Positions 15,326 through 23,645 of a stretch of 25,869 nucleotides of DNA are shown one piece after another. The stretch is from IMG/VR virus record IMGVR_UViG_3300027656_000044, positions 1 to 25,869 of that record; one strand, given 5' to 3'. A program made the translations under genes and the position numbers. Each line of letters begins with the position of its first letter. Position 1 is the stretch's first letter. Origin of the DNA: a virus. Lineage: Duplodnaviria; Caudoviricetes. The notes under the pieces are model-generated. The model was not told the DNA's origin and searched no databases. It saw only the letters and a list, made by a program, of their open reading frames with translations.

Positions 15326-16297
15326 TTACTCATCGTCCCAATCGGACACGATGTCAGCAAGCTTGCCTTTCTTGGCAGGCACAGCAGACGGCTTAGAAGA
15401 CTCCTTACGGATTTCTGGTTCAGCTTCGTTCTCAACTTCAGCAGGCTTGGCTTTGGACTTGGCAATCTTGGCTCGCTCAGCGGCAATCGCTGCGTTGTCT
15501 TCCTCGTCCATCAGCTCACCCATGGGGCGCTTGCCTTCGATCTTCAAAGGGGCAGGGGCAGACTTTACACCATCAGAAGCGGCGACAGTCATCACAACTG
15601 CACGCTTGGCATCATCGCTTTCGCCTTGAGCCTTGACGATCTCATACTCTTCTGGAGTCAACCAACGATTGGGCGCGAAGTGCAACTTGGGCGCTTCTGC
15701 TTTCGTATCGAACTTCATACGAGTCACAACCATCTCAGGGCTGATAGGTGGGTTCTGCAAGGCCAAGTTGCGAGCAAAGGCTTGCAATGGGCGCTTATCT
15801 CCGTCTTCCTTACCAAACACCGAAGTGGCTGGCAAAGTCAACTGCAATACTGCACCTTCAATGTTGTTCTCAAGCACCACAGCCAAGCGTTGTTGGTAGC
15901 GGCAGGCACGGCTGTTGCCTTGACCTGAACCTGCGATATTCTGAGGGCATGACATGCAAGACGCCGCTTGCTTGTTCTCAGCGGATGCGTCTGGGCGATC
16001 ACCATCGTTGCTCCAGCAGTCAGGGCCAGTGATGTTATCACCGTCATAAGACTTAGCGTAGAAGATACGGCTGACCTTGGGGGCAGCCTTGACGATGACG
16101 ACATCCAAGAAGCGTTCGTCGATAGCGGCAATCTCCTTGCCACCGGCCAGCAAACGGAACACACCACCTTTGATGGAGATGCGCTGTGTGCTGTTGCCTA
16201 CGCCACCGCCCGTCAGGGCTTTGGCTGTCTCAGATAACTCGTGGTTGCGTACGAATGAGGGAACATTGGAAGGGTTAAATAGTGCGATATTTGTCAT
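15326..16297 (-). CDS. Putative single-stranded DNA-binding protein with a Cys4 (Zn?) site
   Basis: 323 aa in the replication module. Beta-rich core (RISIKGGVFR), cysteines in CWSNDG/CMSCPQN/RACRY, a long disordered linker and an acidic-aromatic tail (SDWDDE) typical of phage SSBs. Confidence 0.6.
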   Translation of the reverse strand: MTNIALFNPSNVPSFVRNHELSETAKALTGGGVGNSTQRISIKGGVFRLLAGGKEIAAIDERFLDVVIVKAAPKVSRIFYAKSYDGDNITGPDCWSNDGDRPDASAENKQAASCMSCPQNIAGSGQGNSRACRYQQRLAVVLENNIEGAVLQLTLPATSVFGKEDGDKRPLQAFARNLALQNPPISPEMVVTRMKFDTKAEAPKLHFAPNRWLTPEEYEIVKAQGESDDAKRAVVMTVAASDGVKSAPAPLKIEGKRPMGELMDEEDNAAIAAERAKIAKSKAKPAEVENEAEPEIRKESSKPSAVPAKKGKLADIVSDWDDE

Positions 16298-16304
16298 GAT
16301 AAAT

Positions 16305-16718
16305 TTACTTGGTTGGTTTAGTTACGCGAATCTCAAACTCCGTTACAGAGTTCAAGCCCGGCGGGAGAGAGCCCGGGTTCTCTTCGAGGTACCGTGCCAT
16401 GTTGGTTTGCGCGATGCGTTTCTCCAGCAAGTCTACGACTTCATGCTCAAGAATAAACTTCTTGAATGAGTCCCAGTCCTGCGTGTTGTAACGCGTCTTG
16501 GTCACCATTGCCACAGTCCCAAAGGAAGTCTGCACGGACTTGACGCCCATGGCCTTCATTTGGTCTTTCATCGCAAAGCGGATTTCATCTTGCTGACTTT
16601 TAAGAGTTTCCATTTCAGTGTCGTACTCTTGAGTCAAGCGGTCGATGCGCTCCTTGATTTTGCGATAGATTTTTGCGAGCCTGTCCAATGGAATTGGCTC
16701 TTGGGTTTGTTCAGACAT
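16305..16718 (-). CDS. Phage replication-module protein (N-terminal coiled coil; C-terminal DW..F...LL.KR...PPG motif)
   Basis: 137 aa, CAGGAG RBS, first gene downstream of a promoter/operator region. Function not assignable from sequence. Confidence 0.7.
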   Translation of the reverse strand: MSEQTQEPIPLDRLAKIYRKIKERIDRLTQEYDTEMETLKSQQDEIRFAMKDQMKAMGVKSVQTSFGTVAMVTKTRYNTQDWDSFKKFILEHEVVDLLEKRIAQTNMARYLEENPGSLPPGLNSVTEFEIRVTKPTK

Positions 16719-16741
16719 TGTGCTTTCTCCTGTATTTGTTT

Positions 16742-16757
16742 TGTCTAAGGTTTGACA
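16742..16757. promoter_or_regulatory. Operator-like palindrome, copy 1 (TGTCTA-AGGT-TTGACA)
   Basis: 6-4-6 inverted repeat with one mismatch. 16740-16758 matches 25242-25260 at 16 of 19 bases. Confidence 0.7.
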
Positions 16758-16784
16758 GTTTACATAATTTTTAACTCAATACAA
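16757..16784 (-). promoter_or_regulatory. Putative sigma70-type promoter for the 137-aa/SSB/HTH/primase genes
   Basis: On the - strand: TTGTAT (16784-16779), 16-nt spacer, TAAACT (16762-16757), within an AT-rich intergenic gap. Confidence 0.5.
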
Positions 16785-16791
16785 CCCCCTT

Positions 16792-18351
16792 TCATGAATT
16801 TATTTCTGTGTCGAACATCTCGGTAAGTAAAGAGTTATCACTTACTTTGTCTTGTAATGCTTTAAACATCTTCTTCTCAATCGGGCTACCCTGAATGTGT
16901 ATCACAGTAACCTTATCGGAGTTTTGACCTTTGCGGTCGGCTCGTGCTATGCACTGCACGTATTGCTCCACGCTCATGAGTGGCCCATAAAAAATTACTG
17001 TGTCGGCAGCAGTTAGGGTAATCCCGTGTGCAGTAGCTTGCGGTTGCATCACCAACACGCGGGGCTCAGGCTCGTTTTGGAATCGCCTGATGATGTCTGC
17101 GCGTTTGGGCGGTGTCACACTGCCGTGGATGCACTCGTTCGCTATGCCTCGGTTTGAGAGGTGCGTGTGTATCGTGTCGATGATGCTTCGGAACAAGGCA
17201 AAGATGATGACCTTGCGTGTTGTCTCCTCTAAGATTTCTTCTAGCACACCAAGGCGGGGCGCTGAGTCGAACTCCACCACTTCCTTGTCATCGGTGTAGG
17301 CCGCACCACAACTGATCTGCAAGAGCTTGGATACCCCTGCGGCGGCGTTGACTGCACTGATCGTCTCACCTGCCGCGTATACCATCATCTTGTCTTTGAG
17401 AAGGTTGTAATACTTGCACTGCTGTGGGGTCAGTGTGATCTCCCGCGTCATGGTAATAACAGGGGGTAAATCTAAACACGCTTCTTTTGTGAAGCGTATT
17501 GCGGGCTGTAGCGCTTCATGTACCAATTCTGGTGCGTTTGCTTTTGCCGCCCACTTAAACAGCGTTACCTTGTGCATGACCTGATCTCGCCATGCGGTGA
17601 AGAACTTAGGCACACCTTCGGGATTGACCAACTTGGCCAAGCCATACGCATCAGCAGGCGACTGCGATGCGGGTGTGCCCGTCATCATCCACAAGAATGT
17701 GTCAGGCTTGATGATGGACTTCAGCGTCTTCCAACGCTTGGTTGTAATGGTTTTGTAGGCATTGGCCTCGTCAACAATTACTAGATCAAAGCGTCCATCG
17801 TTATTGATTTCGTCAGCGATCAGATTCAACCCATCGTAGTTGGCAATTACAAATTCGTAATCTTGCTGAACCATCTCGATACGCCGACTAGCCTGCGCAT
17901 GGTGCGCGACGATGGCAGAGCGATGAATGATACTGTTGTTCAAATCACCAAGCCATGCGGACTGCATGATTGACAAGGGGCACAAAACCAAACAACGCCT
18001 GACTTCACCACGTTGCATCAGGTAGTCAGCCGCCCATAAAGCGGAGAGCGTCTTGCCAGTGCCCGGCTCGCTAAACACAAAGGCTTTGCGGTTTAGCGTT
18101 AAGAAAGATGATGTGTCTTTTTGGTGAGCCATGGGTGTGTATTTACCCGGCCAGTTATATCTCCTAGTGATAGGCGACTGAATGTTTTTCACACCAAGAT
18201 TGCGCAGTACCCGACACTCGTCAAGACCCCAATACACGGCCACGTCGTAGCCACCATCCATGCGCTCGATGATTTTGTGCTTTGGGATTACCTGATACTT
18301 CTCTGGGTTGCGGGTGCGAAAGACAAGTGCTTTGTCTTCGATGATTTCCAT
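16792..18351 (-). CDS. SNF2-family (SF2) DNA helicase/ATPase
   Basis: EPGTGKT (motif I), VLCPLS (Ia), IVDEAN (II), MTGTP (III), HGITLTAAD (V), QCIARADRKGQ (VI). Confidence 0.92.
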   Translation of the reverse strand: MEIIEDKALVFRTRNPEKYQVIPKHKIIERMDGGYDVAVYWGLDECRVLRNLGVKNIQSPITRRYNWPGKYTPMAHQKDTSSFLTLNRKAFVFSEPGTGKTLSALWAADYLMQRGEVRRCLVLCPLSIMQSAWLGDLNNSIIHRSAIVAHHAQASRRIEMVQQDYEFVIANYDGLNLIADEINNDGRFDLVIVDEANAYKTITTKRWKTLKSIIKPDTFLWMMTGTPASQSPADAYGLAKLVNPEGVPKFFTAWRDQVMHKVTLFKWAAKANAPELVHEALQPAIRFTKEACLDLPPVITMTREITLTPQQCKYYNLLKDKMMVYAAGETISAVNAAAGVSKLLQISCGAAYTDDKEVVEFDSAPRLGVLEEILEETTRKVIIFALFRSIIDTIHTHLSNRGIANECIHGSVTPPKRADIIRRFQNEPEPRVLVMQPQATAHGITLTAADTVIFYGPLMSVEQYVQCIARADRKGQNSDKVTVIHIQGSPIEKKMFKALQDKVSDNSLLTEMFDTEINS

Positions 18352-18362
18352 GCTTTCTCCGT

Positions 18363-18596
18363 TTATTTATTATCTGATCTGTTCGCTGACTTACTTCGCA
18401 TTCGAAGGTTGCCCTTCGTTGACGTACCGCCTGAGCGCATGGGCTTGATGTGATCCACATCTTTGCCGTCACCCTTGGTGGCAGAACCCGTCTTCTCCAT
18501 TACCCGCCTAGCCTTGACTCGGCCTGCGCGTTTCTTGATCTGCTCGGGTGTGCCTTGGTAGTTGTCGTACTCACTGCGGTAGTTGCGTGTAGCCAT
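18363..18596 (-). CDS. Small HNH-family endonuclease-like protein
   Basis: GDGKDVDHIKPMRSGG....NLRMRSKSANRS beta-beta-alpha metal-binding motif; basic; AGGAG RBS. Confidence 0.8.
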   Translation of the reverse strand: MATRNYRSEYDNYQGTPEQIKKRAGRVKARRVMEKTGSATKGDGKDVDHIKPMRSGGTSTKGNLRMRSKSANRSDNK

Positions 18597-18604
18597 GATT
18601 ACTC

Positions 18605-18892
18605 CTAATGTCTAACAGGGGGTTTAATTAAATCCATGATGGACTGCTCAGTCTCAGCGACCATGATACGCACTTTGTTTTGCGCTTCAAAGTTTGACAT
18701 GGCTGCTTGCTTCGAAAACTGTTTTGTGATGGTCACCATGACGGCTCCATCTGATTTGCTGTCAAGCATTACTTTGTTCTTATTCATCACGTCTTGCAGT
18801 GCCTCGGCCATGTTGTTGGCTTTGGCTGTCCACACGTTGACTGTGCGGCCTTCGTCTGAGTCTGACACGATGTCGATGTCGTAAATGTGCAT
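18605..18892 (-). CDS. Hypothetical protein (95 aa)
   Basis: Start reassigned from 18925 to the ATG at 18892, which follows AAGGAGAAAACT. Fills the gap between the exonuclease and HNH genes. Confidence 0.7.
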   Translation of the reverse strand: MHIYDIDIVSDSDEGRTVNVWTAKANNMAEALQDVMNKNKVMLDSKSDGAVMVTITKQFSKQAAMSNFEAQNKVRIMVAETEQSIMDLIKPPVRH

Positions 18893-18902
18893 AGTTTTCT
18901 CC

Positions 18903-19571
18903 TTAATGTTTTGGGTGATTTTCACAGGTTGTTACGGGGCACCAAGGACACAGCGGTGAGGGTCTTGGGTTCCATACGCCTGTTGCATGCGCTTGCTCAA
19001 TCCTTGCTACGCGTTGGCGATATTGCCACCACTCTGCATCGGCTTGGTCAATCGTATATGACGCTCTCACCATATCATCCTTGACCACGAACAGTAATGC
19101 TGCGTTGACCTTGCGGATGTGTGGGAAGTGGGCAAATACCATGAGCGCCATCAGTTTAAGTTGCTCCCGATCTGGGTACTTGTTGTTGCCCGTCTTGTAG
19201 TCCACAACCCAGCCAGTTAAATTCTCATCATCAATGATGAGTAAGTCAGCAATACCGCGAAGCCATACGTCCTTGCCGAGAAACTCACAAGGCTGTAAGT
19301 CAACAGTCAGCCCCATCTTGTGCTCGCACAGCTTCCTTCCGGGCTTGACGTTCAGGGCATCGAGTGTGTCCTTGATAAACGCAAACTCAGGCGGTATGGG
19401 CTTACCCTCTTTGATGTAGAGTTCAGCCGCTTCGTGTAGTACCGTGCCGTAGCGCGTTGCTTCAGTCTCTTGGAACTTGTAGTTCTTCAAGACCTTCACT
19501 TCGTGATACCTACGGGCACAGCCTTCGTAATCCTTGAGGGATGAGTGGCTCCATGTAATTGGCTTGGTCAT
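18903..19571 (-). CDS. PD-(D/E)XK exonuclease, Cas4/RecB/AddB-like, with a four-Cys (Fe-S) signature
   Basis: Start reassigned to 19571 (MTKPITWSHSSL; ATGA overlap with the upstream stop). Motifs: S.S.L....C, GT.LH, RGIADL, VVDYKTG, QL..MA, C-terminal CPWCPVTTC. Confidence 0.88.
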   Translation of the reverse strand: MTKPITWSHSSLKDYEGCARRYHEVKVLKNYKFQETEATRYGTVLHEAAELYIKEGKPIPPEFAFIKDTLDALNVKPGRKLCEHKMGLTVDLQPCEFLGKDVWLRGIADLLIIDDENLTGWVVDYKTGNNKYPDREQLKLMALMVFAHFPHIRKVNAALLFVVKDDMVRASYTIDQADAEWWQYRQRVARIEQAHATGVWNPRPSPLCPWCPVTTCENHPKH

Positions 19572-19801
19572 GATTCTTGTGGGTAAATGCAACGAACAAC
19601 GTGAGCGCCAGCGTGACCGTAAAAGCCACCGCATATACTGCTCCCGCTACCGGATACGCAAGAGACATAGCCGTCTTTGATAGGGCAGTCAGAGCGGTGT
19701 ATGGGTACAGATCCTTCGCTTCCCCAGTCTTCTACCGCTACTGGTATCCACGAAAGAATCTCAAACTTGCCATCTACGTCGGTTGTTATTTCATGAATCA
19801 T
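19568..19801 (-). CDS. Cys-rich hypothetical protein (77 aa)
   Basis: ATGA overlaps with both neighbours (19798-19801 and 19568-19571); four Cys residues. Confidence 0.7.
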   Translation of the reverse strand: MIHEITTDVDGKFEILSWIPVAVEDWGSEGSVPIHRSDCPIKDGYVSCVSGSGSSICGGFYGHAGAHVVRCIYPQES

Positions 19802-20103
19802 TTAAACTCCGCTGTTTTGATTGCTACTGTTAATCGGTTGGCAAACTGGGTGACAAACGCCTCATTCTTGTTGAGATCGTACTGCCCCATGTCTTCCAGT
19901 ATGGCGTGGACAACCTCGTGCCAGAACGTATCAGCCAACTCATCCTTGCTGAACTTACGCCCCGTAATGTTGCTGACCCTACCAAGCCTGATGCACTGCT
20001 CTGGGTAGAACGTGCGCCCCATATCTCGGCGGTGAAGCATGGCTTCCACCACCTCCACGCTGTACCATTTCTTTCCCACACGCATACGCGTTGGTAACTT
20101 CAT
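19798..20103 (-). CDS. Small zincin-like metallopeptidase (HExxH)
   Basis: TFWHEVVHAIL with a downstream NE as possible third ligand; AAGGAG RBS; 101 aa. Confidence 0.75.
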   Translation of the reverse strand: MKLPTRMRVGKKWYSVEVVEAMLHRRDMGRTFYPEQCIRLGRVSNITGRKFSKDELADTFWHEVVHAILEDMGQYDLNKNEAFVTQFANRLTVAIKTAEFK

Positions 20104-20114
20104 ACTTTCTCCTT

Positions 20115-22085
20115 TTAATTTTTTGCTAACCCATATCGACGATGCGCACCACCGTCAGCGTCCAATGGGATACCCTTCATATAGGGCGGCTCCATGACCA
20201 TCTGAGCCAAGACCCAAGTCTTAGCTTCCTCAACCTCTGCATCCGGCACAACAACGATCTGTTCGTCATGCACCGTTCCCGCCACAAAGTATCTCTTTGC
20301 GGTTCGTAGCATCCCATCCGTCATCACAATACGCGCAGTGCCCTGCACCACATTGTTTGTGATCTTACCTGCGTAAAGTTTGGTAGCGTCTGGCCCGTAT
20401 ATCCACTGGCTCCTACCTTTCTCGTCCTTCTCTTGGCGCAGGTCTGGGTAGAGCAAGCTCATGCCGTTTGGCAGAACTATCTCGCCCTTCTTGAAGGTAA
20501 TACATTTATACACGAACTCTTTGCCGTCTGCAAGCGATGTTTGAATGAGGCCAGAACACATGTCCCAGAAGCTCACAACGGGATGCGCTGTAGCCCTGTA
20601 CTTGTCGATGATCTTCTTGGCCGCTACGCAGTGAATGAGTAGCTCCTGATCGGTACAGGTGTGGGGTATCTCCATCATCTTTGTGTAGTTTTCATCCCAC
20701 TCAAGAAACTTGTCGATGTACTTGCCATCCACGCCTAGCTTCTTTGCAAAGTCTTTCTCGTACCTAACGGGCGGTGCACCAAGGAATCCGACAAGAAGTT
20801 GCGACGCAAACGCCGCCCACCCAAGTCCGTAGCCACACCCAAGGAGCGCACTTTTTGCAGACTGCCGTAGGTCTGGATGCGATTCCTTACTGAGTCCGGG
20901 TATGTTAAACATCTGTGCACCGAACGCGGCATAAGGGTCACCGCCTGCCCTGAAGATTGTGAGCATATCTTGGTAATCCGAAAGCCACGCGAGTACTCGC
21001 GGTTCAATCTGCGAAAGATCCCCCACAACGAGTTGGTATCCTTCGGGAGCCATAATTGCTTTGCGTAGGAATGAGCCTCGCTTGAGGTTTTGCATGTTGA
21101 TGGCCGAGCCCTTGGCCGCCGTCCACCTACCCGTCTGCGCCCCGTAGTACGAGAGGGGGACAGGAAGCGCACCGCGCTGGCTGATGTCGAGGAATCGCTG
21201 AGCCCTAGTGCGCTCTGTGGTTGACTTAACCCGAAGACGCGCTTCACAAAGTAGGGCAACGTCTTCACGTTCACCATTGAGTAGCGTTTGAAATAGGGCA
21301 TCGTTTTTAGCGAGTGCAAACGCTTGCTTCCCAGTCGTCTTACTTGTCTTGGTTGGCGGAACCACATTGAGTTTCTCAAGTAGTGCAGCAAACTTTGGGT
21401 TCGATGCCAGCGCAGTTTCTTCCACGCCAAGCCTTTGTAGTAGTGCGTCACGATCTTCTCTCTCCTTTTCGATTGCGTTATGTAGCATGAGGGCGTCAAG
21501 CTGCAACACTGGGCGTGTATACATCTTGAGTGTCATGTCGATGAGGCGTAGCTCCTTCGATGGGTAGGCATCCACCAGCCGTCTGAATATTTCCTCGCAC
21601 AGAAACACATCATGTTTGCAGTACTCAGCGAGTGCTCTTTCGAGCGCGGCGTCCAACTCGTGAACTCCGTTAGTTGAATGAACCGCTGTACCTTTATCTG
21701 GAAGCCCAAAGTCACGGGCGAGCTTTGCAAGTGAGTTTCCAACTTCCACGCCACGTAAAGCTCGTGCCATCGATAGGGTATCGAAGATGAAACATGGTCG
21801 GGCGTTGTATCTCCACTCCATAATGGATACATCGAACTGTGCGTTATGGGCAAGCACTGCGGTTCGCCCCCAGTCGACCCCATCAAGGTACTCACGTAAC
21901 TCTGTATTTCCAAACCATCTAGTTGGTTCATCGCTTCCGTATACATGGACGCAAGCTCCGAACGCTCTGAATTTATCATGGCGTATGTACTCCTCTGTTG
22001 TCATCTTGCTCAGCGTGTAACCTTCCTTGGTGTCCCAGTAGGTTTCGAAGTCGATCGTTAAGATCGTGTCGTATGGCGCGTTCAA
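20115..22085 (-). CDS. polA: Family A DNA polymerase with 3'-5' exonuclease (Leu762 type)
   Basis: Exonuclease motifs DFET, HNAQFD, YCKHD; TGRW; motif A DLSQIEPR; motif B RQSAKSALLGCGYG; motif C VHDE. TTG start after AAGGAG, overlapping the upstream TGA. Confidence 0.95.
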   Translation of the reverse strand: MNAPYDTILTIDFETYWDTKEGYTLSKMTTEEYIRHDKFRAFGACVHVYGSDEPTRWFGNTELREYLDGVDWGRTAVLAHNAQFDVSIMEWRYNARPCFIFDTLSMARALRGVEVGNSLAKLARDFGLPDKGTAVHSTNGVHELDAALERALAEYCKHDVFLCEEIFRRLVDAYPSKELRLIDMTLKMYTRPVLQLDALMLHNAIEKEREDRDALLQRLGVEETALASNPKFAALLEKLNVVPPTKTSKTTGKQAFALAKNDALFQTLLNGEREDVALLCEARLRVKSTTERTRAQRFLDISQRGALPVPLSYYGAQTGRWTAAKGSAINMQNLKRGSFLRKAIMAPEGYQLVVGDLSQIEPRVLAWLSDYQDMLTIFRAGGDPYAAFGAQMFNIPGLSKESHPDLRQSAKSALLGCGYGLGWAAFASQLLVGFLGAPPVRYEKDFAKKLGVDGKYIDKFLEWDENYTKMMEIPHTCTDQELLIHCVAAKKIIDKYRATAHPVVSFWDMCSGLIQTSLADGKEFVYKCITFKKGEIVLPNGMSLLYPDLRQEKDEKGRSQWIYGPDATKLYAGKITNNVVQGTARIVMTDGMLRTAKRYFVAGTVHDEQIVVVPDAEVEEAKTWVLAQMVMEPPYMKGIPLDADGGAHRRYGLAKN

Positions 22086-22378
22086 TTAAAATTCTCCTTG
22101 GGTGGTGCGCCGAGGACGTTGAGAAAGCCGAAAAAATCGTTTGCCGCCAACATAAGTTGCGACGCCTCCATCTCGTTACAGTTCAGCGTAACGACTCCTG
22201 CGACTTGATCTTCCGCGCGTCCTATGATGAACACGCCCTGTGCTTTGCCTTCGCCATAACACATCACAAGTTTGTGAATTAGTAGTCTGAAATGGTGTTG
22301 CTCCTCTTCCGACATGGCCTCGACTCTGCGTTCGAGTTCTTCCTCTGTCATTGAGAAGTCACCGTGAACGTAACTCAT
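22082..22378 (-). CDS. Hypothetical protein (98 aa)
   Basis: AAGGAG RBS; stop codon overlaps the polymerase start. Confidence 0.7.
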   Translation of the reverse strand: MSYVHGDFSMTEEELERRVEAMSEEEQHHFRLLIHKLVMCYGEGKAQGVFIIGRAEDQVAGVVTLNCNEMEASQLMLAANDFFGFLNVLGAPPKENFN

Positions 22379-22670
22379 TTTGTTTCTCCTTCAGTAGTAG
22401 TTCCAAGTCAGGGATGTTGTGCTCACGCGCAATGAACACTGTGCCCCCTGCATTAAGAATCATATTGAGTTCCCTGTCTTGCAGTGCCGTAGTCTGCCCC
22501 TTGCCTGCCTTGCATTCGATGGCGATGAAGTGTCCGTCCATACAGCCAATGATGTCAGGTATCCCCGCACGGCCAAAGCCGTTAGCAGGGGGCATGAAGT
22601 GGTATACACCCATGGTATCTAGCAGTACACGCACTGCCCTCTTTACTTTCCACTCAGGTGTCTGGGCCAT
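22359..22670 (-). CDS. VRR-NUC domain nuclease (putative Holliday-junction resolvase)
   Basis: Start reassigned to 22670 (MAQTPEWKVK). Motifs RAGIPDIIGC, FIAIECK, TALQ. Confidence 0.88.
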   Translation of the reverse strand: MAQTPEWKVKRAVRVLLDTMGVYHFMPPANGFGRAGIPDIIGCMDGHFIAIECKAGKGQTTALQDRELNMILNAGGTVFIAREHNIPDLELLLKEKQNELRSR

Positions 22671-22908
22671 TTTTATCCAACTCCTTGCATGCTTCGTAGA
22701 CACTCATAATTTGAGCTACCGCCACGGCAAGCGGTATTTTCTCGTGATATATGACTCGGCCTAAATACCCAGTCAATGCGGTCATGGCTACAAACGTATC
22801 CATGCCAACCAACATGCCTTCAATCTTGTCTATGACTGTTTCCGATTCCTCCATAAGTGTTTGCAGGCGCTGTTGCATTGCGCGTGTTTCGTCGATGTCT
22901 TTAGTCAT
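22654..22908 (-). CDS. Hypothetical protein (84 aa)
   Basis: AGGAG upstream; overlaps its neighbours in the same orientation. Confidence 0.65.
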   Translation of the reverse strand: MTKDIDETRAMQQRLQTLMEESETVIDKIEGMLVGMDTFVAMTALTGYLGRVIYHEKIPLAVAVAQIMSVYEACKELDKNGPDT

Positions 22909-23431
22909 AGTGGCTTGCTCCTAAAACGTCTTCGTGCTTGTGCTTGTCGGTCAGGCAGTCAGAGAGATATACCTCGGGGCCTTCGGAGTTAAACACTGTG
23001 TCGTTGTAGACGTACTTGTACTTGGGCGCTGTGACACGTCCATACGCAAACATAAACCCAAGGTCTGTTGGCTTCCAAAGTCCAGCACTGGCCGTCTTGC
23101 CTCCGGGTTTGTGGGGGGTTGTAACAAAGCCCCAGTGACGCAAAGTCCCAAGCTGGGGGGTGCGTAGCATCCATGGCGGTGCGGTCTCCTGTACGTCGAT
23201 CCAGCCGTCTTCCCGAGGGTTCTGTTGGCACAGCCAGAGCAACTGGCGTACCATGGTTCCACCTAGCGGGCGTTTGTACAGCTTACCCCAGCGGTCACAC
23301 ACAGGGCACGCATCCCCCTCGCCTTCGATGACACCCCTCCAGATGTCCCGCGCTTGATCTAGGGTAGCACCCTCGTATAGATTGGCGTAGCTAAGTTCTT
23401 CGCCATCGTTGTCTTCAATCATCTCAATCAT
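22901..23431 (-). CDS. Hypothetical protein with CxxC and a possible winged-helix (176 aa)
   Basis: CPVCD; LGTLRHWGFV...LWKPTDLG resembles a wHTH recognition helix and wing; AGGAG RBS. Confidence 0.7.
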   Translation of the reverse strand: MIEMIEDNDGEELSYANLYEGATLDQARDIWRGVIEGEGDACPVCDRWGKLYKRPLGGTMVRQLLWLCQQNPREDGWIDVQETAPPWMLRTPQLGTLRHWGFVTTPHKPGGKTASAGLWKPTDLGFMFAYGRVTAPKYKYVYNDTVFNSEGPEVYLSDCLTDKHKHEDVLGASHYD

Positions 23432-23645
23432 TTTCTTCTCTCCTTTGTTTTAAAAATACAGCGTCAGCAGGGTTCTGCATACGCGTCAGTTCGTCGTCGT
23501 AATACTTCTTGGGCATCGGTGCTTTCTTTTCAAGAAACCCACGCAACCATTCAGCCCCGCCGAGTTGGTTGAATATGATCCACTGCCTGTCAGACATACG
23601 GATGTTTCTAAAAGTTATGGGTTCAGGCGGTTTGGGTCTTGGCAT
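23424..23645 (-). CDS. Putative ribbon-helix-helix DNA-binding protein (73 aa)
   Basis: MPRPK...FRNIRMSDRQWIIFNQLGGAEWLRGFL fits a strand-helix-G-helix pattern; AAGGAG RBS. Confidence 0.6.
   Translation of the reverse strand: MPRPKPPEPITFRNIRMSDRQWIIFNQLGGAEWLRGFLEKKAPMPKKYYDDELTRMQNPADAVFLKQRREEND

Noticed and set aside
17755-17775. DEAN instead of DEAH in helicase motif II as a sign of inactivation
   Set aside because: The catalytic DE pair and all other motifs are intact, and the fourth position is variable in phage SNF2 proteins.
20735-21499. 254-aa alternative-frame ORF inside the polymerase gene
   Set aside because: Arg/Ser-rich shadow composition with no recognisable motif or RBS; the polymerase frame is intact.
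20115-22085. Modified-base (DpoZ-type) polymerase or intein
   Set aside because: No purZ or other base-modification genes in the window, and no intein splice motifs in the insertion.
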